Notes under the pieces: model-generated
What the model saw: only the letters and a program-made list of their open reading frames with translations
What the model was told of the DNA's origin: nothing
Database searches by the model: none
Shown: in pieces, positions 39,572 to 50,330 of the stretch
Position numbering within the stretch: position 1 is the stretch's first letter
Layout of the letters: every line of letters begins with the position of its first letter
Position numbers and translations under genes: made by a program
Origin: Schmidtea nova
Lineage: Eukaryota
Assembly (NCBI GenBank): GCA_044892505.1
Contig: CM097882.1
Location: 513,236,001 to 513,300,000, forward strand
Direction: 5' to 3'
DNA length: 64,000 nt

Positions 39572-40072
39572 CTAACTGATTGTTTCTGATAATTTAAAAT
39601 TTGTGGCAAGTGTTGCCGTTAAGATAATTCGTGCACTCCTCCAGAATTTCGAATCAGAAAGGCTTGATATTCTGCCATCGTTGCTTGTCAAATGATACAT
39701 ATAAACTAAGGATTTAATAGTCCACTTTTCGATATTCTTTTGTATGATTTCGATTTGACTCATATTCAAAACTCTCGGTTGAACCCATTTTACCATCAAT
39801 TTCTCATTGACTTCATCGGCATCGGCTTCAACAGGTTTCGTTGTTGCTGCTGTCTTGACTTGACGAAATGCTTTCTTTTCTTCCTCGGAGAACGATTTGA
39901 TATGATTAAACCATCTTAAAGCATGGAAATAGAAGTCTTTAATTGACGAACATGCTTGAAACACTCCAACATCAGCAGTAAATTGATAATATCCATTAGC
40001 ATGGTTTTCATTGAACATATAATCGTTCAATTTTAATTGACCGATATCGATTTTAAGATTACCAAATTCCAT
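39572..40072 (-). CDS. ORF-Y, intact 166-aa ORF of unknown origin inside LTR-B
   Basis: ATG to TAG uninterrupted, protein-like composition; the stop codon lies in the R-like repeat. Confidence 0.55.
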   Translation of the reverse strand: MEFGNLKIDIGQLKLNDYMFNENHANGYYQFTADVGVFQACSSIKDFYFHALRWFNHIKSFSEEEKKAFRQVKTAATTKPVEADADEVNEKLMVKWVQPRVLNMSQIEIIQKNIEKWTIKSLVYMYHLTSNDGRISSLSDSKFWRSARIILTATLATNFKLSETIS

Positions 40073-40337
40073 ATTTTCAAATTTAAATCAAATTAAGAAA
40101 CTTTAATAATTCTTTATTCCTTCAAAAAATTCACAAAATTCGAAACCAAATAATTCTTGAATAAGTCCGATAAAACAAGAGAATAGATCCCAAAAGGTTC
40201 CAATTAATAAGTCCAAGCACAAAAATCAAATTCGACTCCAATTGAAAAATTAATCCAATACAAATCAAAAAATTAAATCCAAAATTAAAAATCAACTCCA
40301 ATTAAAATTAAAAAATGATCCGACAAAACAAAAGAAT

Positions 40338-40990
40338 TCATTCCAAATATTTTGATAGATTTTGATAGCATAAACGGTGAATAGTTATTAACGAATCGAA
40401 TTCCATAATGCTTGTTAACCCATTTCTTTTAAATCTTCTGATAATTCCTTCCAGAGATTCGTAGAGAGATTTATTAATACGATATGAAATTAATTTGCAG
40501 AGATCAAATGATCTTCCAAGTAACTGCAAATGCCGTTGTTTCATTAGTTACGTAGCGCTCTGGTGGTGGATTACTGATATTACTTTTGGAGGAGTTATTG
40601 ACTTGATTTTTAAACCGCTTATTAAGTAGCATGGATGAAGCAAATTGTTTATAAAGAATAAATATCTGATCACTGAGTCTCACCACTAATTGTGACATCA
40701 TAAAGTTAACTTCTGCTTCTATTTCGTTGTAAAGAAATTGTCGCTTAAACTTTTTAAGAGCACAAACAGCGGAATCATTGTATAAATCAAGAGGATACAA
40801 TAAATATTCGATGTAAGCCGGATCTTGAGTATCTAATATGTGATTGGTTAGAATGCACGGTATTGAAGTTTCAATGGGAAATTGGATTCTTTGTCCGTTT
40901 GTCATTTCTAAAAGGAATTCTCGATACCACAATTGTGATAAATCGCAGGAAATTGAAAGTGTATTTTTGAAATTATTATTTGAAATTGGC
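40338..40990 (-). pseudogene. CYFIP: Captured intron-free CYFIP/Sra-1 (cytoplasmic FMR1-interacting protein) internal fragment with one frameshift near 40540
   Basis: CDLSQLWYREFLLEMT.GQRIQFPIE, LYPLDLYNDSA, KRQFLYNEIEAEVN and KQRHLQLLGRSFDL match conserved CYFIP1/2 sequence. Confidence 0.93.
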
Positions 40991-41267
40991 CAAAAAGGTT
41001 ATCAATATTGAATATCACAAATATTTTCACAATGATACAATTGACTCAATCTAACTGATCATTATGCAATGCTTATTGCAACACTGTTGTGAGGAATAGC
41101 ACTCGCGTATAATCTTGATTCGAAATATTACTCACTATTGAAGAAGGTAACAATTGGTAATTAAACTGGTTGTTTTCTGGGTTTGACTTAGATTTACTTG
41201 CTGAGCTTTACTCGGTTTTCCTTTATTTCTGATATATTATTTCGTCGGATTTCCTTTGAATTATTTT

Positions 41268-41537
41268 CTAAACTTCTCTTCTAACTTTCTCCGGCTTCAC
41301 AAAATCTTTCAATTTCTCCGATAAATTGAATACTGTCTTCAACCGTCTATCGTAAATGTTGTCTACTATTCTCTCGTAATTTTTCTCTCGCCAAATGTTC
41401 TGTCTCCCTCTGCTGAGTTTCCTCTTTTTATATCTCGTCACTTTGTGGCACTTAAGTTTATCTCTAATTTTCCATTTTTCTCCCAGCATAATTTCCCGAC
41501 TTTTTTCTACAACGAAGTTATCTCTGACAGCTGTCAA
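41268..41537 (-). CDS. Small U3-encoded ORF (ORF-W), basic, unknown function
   Basis: 89 aa; NIYDRRLKT resembles RTYERKLKA in the decayed frame of LTR-A. Confidence 0.35.
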   Translation of the reverse strand: MTAVRDNFVVEKSREIMLGEKWKIRDKLKCHKVTRYKKRKLSRGRQNIWREKNYERIVDNIYDRRLKTVFNLSEKLKDFVKPEKVRREV

Positions 41538-41959
41538 GATATTCTCTGTTTTTTCTTTTTGCCGCTCCGGCCTGTTTTATTTTTGTTCGCGTTATCTCTG
41601 AATAGCAGTCGAGATAAGTATATTGCTGTTGTTTCTGTTTTTCCCGGTTCTGAAATTCCTTTTCCTTTTGTACTAATTAATTAGTGCTGACCTTTGTTTT
41701 TGTTTACTTGTCTGATTTCTTTTGTCGGATTCCTCTTTCTCATTTCTTTTTGTTTCCGTTTTCTTTTCCGAGTTCCCATTAACCGTCTCTTTTGTCATGA
41801 CGATTTTCCCACCAGGTAATTTTATTTATTTATTCATAAATTTGTTGTTTAGGTATCCTCAACAATTATAATGAATTTAACAAATGACTTCTTGGTAACC
41901 GCCAAGCAATTATTTGAAGAATCGAAGAGATTTTGCTCAATGAAATCGATATAAAAAAT

Positions 41960-42160
41960 AGTAAGTTGAACTTTTTCTTACATACAAAAACTCAAGAAGA
42001 AAAAGGAAATGTTGGTTATTCCGGCGTGAAGACATTTTAGTCATATTTATAGCTTGTGCTGGTGTGTTGGTTAGATGGACAACTGAGATCATTAAGATTT
42101 TATATGTTAGGGTGATCTCGCCAACATAAAAACATTCCCCCGCTGACACCCATGATGTAT
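41960..42160 (+). pseudogene. Degraded gypsy integrase zinc-binding region
   Basis: GNVGYSGVKTF ... SRQHKNIPPLTP resembles the H2C2 region. Confidence 0.4.
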
Positions 42161-42443
42161 CCCTAACTACTCATCATGTTGGTGCTGTGTTAACGTTGTG
42201 AAATGACAAGGCAGGTGAGCAACCTTGCGGCTACTATTCCCTTGTTTATTCACGGGTCCACCACTACCGATAGAAGGTGTTTGTGGATTTCTTTCGGTCC
42301 CACTCATGCTCTTTCCTTTTGTCCTAGGGTAATTTAATTTTAATGTATCTGCAGCTTTAAATGAATCCGGGTTTTAGTTACATTCAATCCTCAAATGTTC
42401 CGCAAACAAACAAGACAAGTCAAATCATTCGTTTACAATGCAT

Positions 42444-43008
42444 TTATTTATAATTTAACAACACCGAAGGTCTAATTACATTCAGCAATTCCTGCTCGGA
42501 GAGTCCACTGAGCAGATCCACTTCTATGTCTAGGCGGTCAGCATATGCCCGTCTCTCCCTACGCTTCTTCGCTCCGAGGCGATTCCTTCGTTTTGTCCTT
42601 TGCGACCCTTGTGGTATGGTTGTGGTCACTTCGGTAGCCGTGGTTACGATTATTTCTTTTTCGGTTTGCGTACTCGTAGTTGCTGATGTCGAATTTATCC
42701 ATTTGTTGAAGGTGCTCGCTCTAATCACTGGGCGCAATTGCTCAGTGATGAAATCTTGGGTCGACACCCTTAAGTAATTTGCCAGCTCTAATTTCATGGC
42801 TGCGACCTCTCTCGCTTGTTCGTCGACCGTTTGTTCAGCTCTGTATCGAGCTTGTAAAATGGCTTTAACCCTCTCAGGATTAAACCATGTCGTTTTGATC
42901 CTTTGGTGTTCCTCGCTTAACTGTCGTAAGCGGCTCTCGAGGACTCGGGAACGTGCCTTTTGTTCTCTTGCCTCTTTTTGTAATTTCTGTTGGGAGTCGT
43001 GTCCATAC
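42444..43008 (-). CDS. ORF-Z: coiled-coil/basic protein exon (about 187 codons) preceded by a strong splice acceptor
   Basis: CTAAC branch point and CTTTTACAG at 43009; frame open 43007-42444 (QKLQKEAREQKARSRVLESRLRQLSEEHQR ... KRRNRLGAKKRRERR). Confidence 0.55.
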
Positions 43009-43203
43009 CTGTAAAAGGTGACATTATTTAGGTTAGGGGAATTTGTCCGGTTTCCTAGTCACGATATTATTATCAAACAATCGTACATTTCCTTCATATT
43101 GTTCTCACACATTCGAAAAACCAAAACAAAATTCTTTCGAAAACAAATACATTTATTTTTATATTCACAATGGGTATTTGGATCGTTCACTCCGGATGAG
43201 TGT

Positions 43204-43848
43204 TCATCTTGATTGACTGAATAGTCGGATCTCCTGGTCGGCTTGGTTCTCGTCCCTGCGGATTCCGTTTTCATGGTACAGCTCTGGGGCTGGGCTCCAA
43301 CCTAACTTATCTCGATAGATGAACCCCTCCCAGAGGCGAAGGTCCTTGGGCTCCGGATATTGATCTAAGGAGACACTTCCTGGCGCATTTGAGTAGATTA
43401 AGACTTCCCCAGTGTCGCCACACCGAGGCCTGTCTAGCAGCACGTACCCGAGTTGGTGCAGGGCATGACCAGTTATTATATCGGTGCTCAACAGCCAGCG
43501 GGGCTGATTCGTGTCGTCTACGAATTGGTAGAACCATCGGCCCGGCTGCGTTTTGATGGAGTTCGAGGAGGACATCCAATTTGCGTCTCCTTCCCACCTC
43601 AGTTGTAACCTAAACGCGCACGCTGGGATGCGGGCGCCTATGCTCAGGTGATTCCTTGTCCATCGGCGCAGATGTCGGCGCGCTAATTCTGTAGTTCGGC
43701 GCGGAGCTTCCTCTTCGCCTTCGATTATAGAGTTCACTTTCGTCATGACGACGGAGCGGGTGCGCCGTTTCTTTCGGATGATACAATCTTCTAGTTTCAC
43801 GGGTAGGAATTCCACTGGCCTCCATCTACTGTTTTCTATTTTGACCAT
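43204..43848 (-). CDS. ORF-X homologue (about 214 aa from ATG 43848), unknown function
   Basis: Intact frame; RHLRRWTR-x18-RWEGD..KTQPG is shared with 38360-38650. Confidence 0.7.
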   Translation of the reverse strand: MVKIENSRWRPVEFLPVKLEDCIIRKKRRTRSVVMTKVNSIIEGEEEAPRRTTELARRHLRRWTRNHLSIGARIPACAFRLQLRWEGDANWMSSSNSIKTQPGRWFYQFVDDTNQPRWLLSTDIITGHALHQLGYVLLDRPRCGDTGEVLIYSNAPGSVSLDQYPEPKDLRLWEGFIYRDKLGWSPAPELYHENGIRRDENQADQEIRLFSQSR

Positions 43849-45074
43849 ACTACTCTGAAGAAAGATGACCAGAATTAATTGATGAACCTTACGGTTGATC
43901 ATCTCTATATATACTACCTGGCCCACTAAACTTGTCGATCTATTTTCTGTAGGCCTCTGCAAATCATTCTCATTTCACCCAGCGAGTGACGGTGAAGTAT
44001 TGTAGGCCGCTATCACCGATTTGTTGGCGAGCTAATCTACTCCGCATTTTTACCCCGATGATTTTTTTGTTATACCTAATTCACTTTTTGTTGTTTATGA
44101 CATCAATTTTAGATTTATTATTTATCATTTCACTCACGCTCAATTTATTTTTGTTATTTATGATTATTTTATATTTATTAGTTGTCACGCATACTCGTTT
44201 CCTCAACAAACTTTTATTAATTCACCCCACAATTGACTAACAATGATCATACTACTATGGGAATGTCAAGAATCCCTCACTCTATCTGATTTAGTAATCC
44301 GTGTATTATCGACACCTATTATAGGTGCTTGCCTCTCATATTCCTCGGGGTTTAGGTGCATACGCTGGAAGGTATAATTGATTTATTACCACCCCCTGAC
44401 ACTGGTGCTCTTGCCTAGACTAGTATGACTTATGCTTTGCCTACCCCTGTTCTCGTTCACCCTAGGTTTCTCAGCACTGATGTTACTTGTTACACATACG
44501 TATCCCTCGTCTAGAGATATCGCCATGATATATATCATTCATATGCGACTATCTTTCCTTTGATTGACTCTATGATTGCTCATTCACATGAGTCTATCTT
44601 TGCTTTAATTTACACTCACTAGATTTCACTCGATACCCTATGTGCACTTATTCCCCTTCCGCTTACCAAATATTTAGTAAACCTATGGTCCCGCCGCATC
44701 AGCACCTCACATGAAAATGTGTTGCGCTGAGAGGCCAAGAATCCGTCAGGCTGTTAGGCCTCCGGAAAACCTTATTGATTTTAGCATGATTATGAGGGTT
44801 TAAATCGATTAACAAATAGAACTCAACCATACCTGTATTTAGATTCCAATCGGATTTACAATGTTGTCACGATAAGTTCACACTCAGTTACACTTGGTAA
44901 AAATGACAGTTTTTAAATGACTGCCTTATACTGATTTACCTACAGTATTTATACTAAACCGGTGTTGTTGGTTAGCCAATCAGCATCGAGTATGTGTGTC
45001 TGTTTGTTCATTTTTTATGTTGTCGGCTTTTTGCTGCCTAACTTAACTCACTGATTTATTTGTTTAATCATGCG

Positions 45075-45321
45075 GTAAGTTTTCTTTGTCATCAATTTAT
45101 TTTATTTTGTTTTTGTTTTAGGTCTTCGGTGACGTCCGCCCACGCTCTGTCATATTCAGATTTTATCTGCTTCGCATGAGTGAGTTTTGAAGATTTATTT
45201 TGTTTTGATTAATACTTTATTTCTTTTAGATGTTGCCGCTTATTTGCTACTTTTTATGCTGGTAATTTATTTTATTGTTATTTTGTGTAGCTTTATTTTA
45301 TTGATTGCATATTATTTTCAG
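45075..45321 (+). other. Three consecutive GT-AG mini-introns with 58-nt and 32-nt exons
   Basis: Introns 45075-45121 (GTAAGT), 45180-45229 (GTGAGT) and 45262-45321 (GTAATT), all T-rich and ending TAG or CAG. Confidence 0.6.
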
Positions 45322-45339
45322 ATGCTGCTCGATTTGGCT

Positions 45340-46088
45340 GGCCCAACACTTGAAAGACGAAGTTGAAAAAGTTTCAAACTTTGAAACACAACCCAATGTT
45401 TGCGTTTATAACGAATGCAAATGTAATTGATGAGACTAATTTAGATAACAATATTTTGAGTTCCTTGAAATCACCAATTTTAGTTTAGAGCCGATTGATT
45501 TAAGAAGTTCAACTTAATAGACTGATAAATATAAAACTTTACGTGGTGATTTAGAGAAAACCGAAGACAATTTTCTTGATATGATATCTACGTGCTGGGC
45601 ATTCACTCTAACAAAATTCACATTTATCAAAAGTTGCATTTGCTCTTTTATCAGCGTTTGGCTCAAGCTATAATTATGAACAAACATTTTCACAAATGTA
45701 ATATATTTTAAATAAAAACAGTACTTTTTTAGTACTGAGCATTCTAATTAATGTGTTACACTTAAAATGATTAAATATGAACCAGTCTTATATAAATTAA
45801 CTTCAACAGTACAGCATCATAGTAGCCATTGATTTCACCTACTGATAGTTGTTTAAAAGGTTAAAATATTAAATGTTGGTTTTGTTGTTTTTTGATTTAT
45901 TTTTACTATTGTTTACTGAATTTATCACATTTATGCTTATATAAAATTTATTTAACTGGATAATAAATGAATTAACTTTTGGTTAACCTATTTTTTTTAA
46001 ATTGCCACTGACCTACTATGAGTTTTAAAAAAATCTCTCTTAGGCGAATTTTACCCACGACCAAAAAGGTCTTCCGACCTCAGGTCTA
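45340..46088 (+). mobile_element. hAT (Charlie-type) 3' fragment with right terminus
   Basis: ALLSAFGSSYNYEQTFSQM and Q-HHSSH* remnants; terminus aaaaaggtcttccgacctcaggtcta. Confidence 0.65.
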
Positions 46089-46091
46089 TAG

Positions 46092-46200
46092 CGTCATCTG
46101 TAATAAAAGCGAAGAAATTTACATCGGAAACACCATTCGGACTTTGTATTAGAGAATTAAGGAATATCTTTGATCCTGGTGGAAAATCCTCTGTGTACTG
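46092..46200 (+). pseudogene. GIY-YIG endonuclease remnant (Penelope-like)
   Basis: ICNKSEEIYIGNTIRTLY*RIKEY. Confidence 0.5.
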
Positions 46201-47158
46201 ACATTTTCACTAATGTCAGAAAAAGAATAAAGAAAATTTAATATCAATGAAAACTTAAACAAACGAAAACGATGAAAAATATCAAACTTAAAGAAGCGAT
46301 TCTCATTAGAGACATGCACCACAAAAATCGACTCTAAAGAGGAAGTTAGCGAAATCAATCATTTACTATCGTGTTGAAAAAAACTTTTTTGTTCTACAAA
46401 AGAGAAAGAGAAAGAGGAAAAGGAAAAGGAAAAGGGAAAAAACTTTTCGAGCTAACTCGGTTAAATTGCAAACATAATCGATAATTGTTTCCCTACTACC
46501 TTGATATCTCTATCTAAATTTTTGCACTCATCATCTAAACAACTTTCGTTTTTAAACAACAACCTTTGTATTTTTAAAAGTTCGAAATAATAATTTCTAT
46601 TTTCAGTGTCATCACGTTTTCCAGCATCTTCAAGGTTAAAAATGTAATTAGTAACTAATTTTATGATTTTTACTATACTCCCATCTTCCTACAAAAGTGC
46701 AGAAGCAACAAGTGTAATTGTAATTGTGTATTGTAATTTTTAAAAAAATGATTGTGCTGGGTTTCGTCAAAAGATTTATAAAGAAAGAACACGAAGAGTC
46801 AGAGAGTAGTGGACTATTTCATAATAATCCAACAATAAATAAAAGCTTTATATTATTTAGTGACATTTATTTTCGTTAAAATACGAAATTTCTTTTTTTG
46901 TTATAACTTTAAAATTGTTGAAAAATTGAAAAATTTGGTGAAAAATTGAAAAATAATTTAACCGTAAAAACATAGTTTTTAAAACTCTCTATATTTCACT
47001 CTCTTAATATTTATCAAAACTGAAATTTCAATATGCGTTCTCAATGCTATGAAATATTTATTCAAATATTTATTTCAATTATTTCAAATATTTATTCGTA
47101 CTTATTGAACGCACCACGTATATAATATATTTTAGATATAATTACGTTATATCTTTAA

Positions 47159-49683
47159 TAAGGATGTTAATATCGTTTTTTGGCAAACTGATTATCATTT
47201 TTATTGTCATAGAAAAATATAATTATTTGTATTCAGGGCTCTTTGAGTAGTTTACCGCTTGACTGAGCAGTAAATCGGCTACATGAGTAAAAAATATTCG
47301 TATAATAAAAAAAAGTAAGTCAATGAAAAGTTTCGAAAATCCAAAACAACTTTATATATCAAACAAGTCTTGATTTTTGTTAAAAAAGGAACGATTCTGC
47401 GTGTTCTGGAAGGAGCCGGTTACGTAGTTTACTTATCAAACGCCCAGTAGCTGAAAACAGCCTCTTGGATTGCACTGACGTCACCGGAATACACAAGAAT
47501 CTCCTAGCTAAATTAGCTGTTTTTGGGAACAACTTTTCATTTTGTTTCCACCACTCCAGTGCTGTTTCTGTTGCAGTTGTCGTCCATGGCGATTTGATGT
47601 AATATTCAAAGTCTGACTCTTCCATCGCCTGCTGTGACGCACTATCACCCATCAGAAACATAACTGCTGCATGATTTGGTCGAGATCGTTATGTTGTCAG
47701 TTCAGACTTGGCACTAGTCGATGGCGGTTCAGAGGCCGGCATTTGCCTGGTAAGATGACGGACATTATCATACGCAAGTTTCTTGAACTTGTCGTCACAT
47801 CCGGGAAGATGTTTGTACCTTGGATCGAGAATTGATGCAACGACGCATACATTAGTTGCTAAAAAAACGTAGCGAAATATTCTCAGCAACATCTTTCTTG
47901 AAATCTCCCACAATTGTCAAATCTTCTTGAATGCTTAGAAGATTATAGATGAGACCCCATAACATTGGAAAAACACAAGAGGCTGATGGTTGACTTACGG
48001 CTGACACGATTGAAGTCACGATCTGCAATGCTTGCAATACCGGAAGTAGTTCAGTAATCAGTTGCAAATTGTCATCCTTTATTTCCAATGTTTTGGCATC
48101 GTTCAATTTCATCATGTTTCTGTCAGAAAGTACTGCCACAACTAGTCATCTCAGTACTAAGAGACGTTTGAACATGTAATATACGCTACGCTGTCCCAGC
48201 GGGTTTTGCAGTACTGAATCAGTTTGAGCGATGTCTTGTCTTTGTCCATGGACACATGTCATTTCATCAGATCACCCACTGCCATTGGGCTATGTGAAAA
48301 ATGTCCAACCAAACGTGATGCAGCAGATATACACTTGGAAATCGGATTATTAATGATAGCGTATGTGTCCATTGCACTATTAATACATATTTGAAAATTT
48401 ATGCGCCGCACAGTTGACGTCAAGCCACCCATTCAGGTTACCAGCTTCTTTTACATTGGATGCATGCAACAACTTTACTTTTGATTGATCATTCATCAGC
48501 AACACATCCCAGAGTTTCAGCGATGACGACTTGCGTGTGGCGCTCATTCGTCAGAACTGTGGCAAGAACAGGCGTTTTCATAGTCCAGTCTGGATCAATG
48601 TAGCTTGCGGTGAAGCTTAGATAAGCTTCATTAATGATACTCGTCCAGATATCGGTGGTGACAGCTATGTCTTTGACATTTGTTTCAATGTGTGTAAACA
48701 TCTTCTCCATAAGCTGCTTCTTCATTCCTGTCATTTGTGATGTCATCATCTGACGACATGGAGGTTTGTATTGTGGTTCTATCAATTCCATCAAAGCACG
48801 GAAGGATGGTGATTCCACGATCGAAATTGATAGCATATTCTCAGCGATAAATTTGGCTAAAGCAGCGGTAATTTTCTACTGCTGACTGTCAGGGCAGTTT
48901 CGTTGTGTTCCAGTGAATGCTGTAACTCGCGGCTGAACATTTGAGGGAGCCGCTAATCCAGGATGCATGGTACGCAAGTGCGCATGTAAACCAGTTGTAG
49001 CGCCACCGCTGCGACCTATTTGTTGCAAACATAGTTTAAAACGCGCCATTGTAGACGAAACTTTTTCAAAGTTGTCCCACACATCAGATTTATTAATACG
49101 ACCAGCCATATTTGTAAATTGAAAGTTTTTATTTTAAAATTGTTTAATGTTGTACTGATGACTGACTACAACTAATGTACTCAACGAGCGAATATATCAT
49201 ATAATAATAACTGGACTAGAGAATGCGGTCATATAATAGATTTAGCTTTTTTAATACTAAGTGATTGTCCAATATCTAGTATCTTGAGTATTATGAGTGG
49301 GAGTATTTTTGACAATATTCTGTGACTATTGGATCTGGGTCATCCACTGTCTCACATTCTGCAGCTGACAGTCTATTTCTTAGAATTCGACCCAATTAAC
49401 TTGCCGCGGGCGACTTATCCTAATAGTAGACTGTGGGAGATAACTAAGCTGTCAACTTGTCACCGTTAGGGCACAGCGAATAAATATGTACTAGTTACAG
49501 AATGTTGAGAAATTCTCGCTAACAGCTTTATTCCTTAAAATTGAGAAACGCAGCAGACGATGTCTTTAAACCATAAAATTATACAGCAATAACAAAAATT
49601 TGATTATCGTTTGTTAAATTCAAGAACCGATTTTCGTTTTAGAAACCGATAATCGGATTTCCGATTATCATTTAACAACCCTA
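47159..49683 (-). mobile_element. Complete-ended hAT (ZBED1/Ac-like), transposase frameshifted
   Basis: TIRs taaggatgttaa / ttaacaacccta; TSD atctttaa / ctctttaa; BED finger (VWDNF..HLRTMH), AVTTDIWTS, CAAH, CKTRWDS, ASILDPRYK and IPVTSVQSKRLFS. Confidence 0.93.
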
Positions 49684-49845
49684 CTCTTTAATCCGAAGTT
49701 AATGAATAGATAAGAATTTATATTGAAATAAGGAAATAACATTAGATTTGACATATCAATATTTTTTGTGTGGTGTAAAATAAATAAACCAAACTTTAAT
49801 TGAAAAACATATTCAAAAATATGATTTATCAATTTTATTACATTT

Positions 49846-50330
49846 NNNNNNNNNNNNNNNNNNNNNNNNNNNNNNNNNNNNNNNNNNNNNNNNNNNNNNN
49901 NNNNNNNNNNNNNNNNNNNNNNNNNNNNNNNNNNNNNNNNNNNNNNNNNNNNNNNNNNNNNNNNNNNNNNNNNNNNNNNNNNNNNNNNNNNNNNNNNNNN
50001 NNNNNNNNNNNNNNNNNNNNNNNNNNNNNNNNNNNNNNNNNNNNNNNNNNNNNNNNNNNNNNNNNNNNNNNNNNNNNNNNNNNNNNNNNNNNNNNNNNNN
50101 NNNNNNNNNNNNNNNNNNNNNNNNNNNNNNNNNNNNNNNNNNNNNNNNNNNNNNNNNNNNNNNNNNNNNNNNNNNNNNNNNNNNNNNNNNNNNNNNNNNN
50201 NNNNNNNNNNNNNNNNNNNNNNNNNNNNNNNNNNNNNNNNNNNNNNNNNNNNNNNNNNNNNNNNNNNNNNNNNNNNNNNNNNNNNNNNNNNNNNNNNNNN
50301 NNNNNNNNNNNNNNNNNNNNNNNNNNNNNN
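49846..50330. other. Assembly gap (485 N)
   Basis: Run of N. Confidence 1.

Larger units (their letters stand above)
39412..41864 (-). mobile_element. Expanded 5' LTR (LTR-B, about 2.45 kb) containing captured sequences
   Basis: Starts TGTTGAGGATACC (family start motif) and ends CAACA before the PBS; internal R-like duplication at 39524-39580 and 41006-41059. Confidence 0.75.
42177..44208 (-). mobile_element. Long LTR-like element (LTR-D, about 2.0 kb) encoding two sense ORFs
   Basis: Starts TGTTGAGGAAA (family motif) and ends CCAACA at 42177; TATA at about 43905-43913; AATAAA at about 42445 and 42245; no TSD found. Confidence 0.55.

Noticed and set aside
40338-40990. CYFIP as a functional host gene
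   Set aside because: Only an internal fragment, frameshifted, with no flanking exons, embedded in an LTR.
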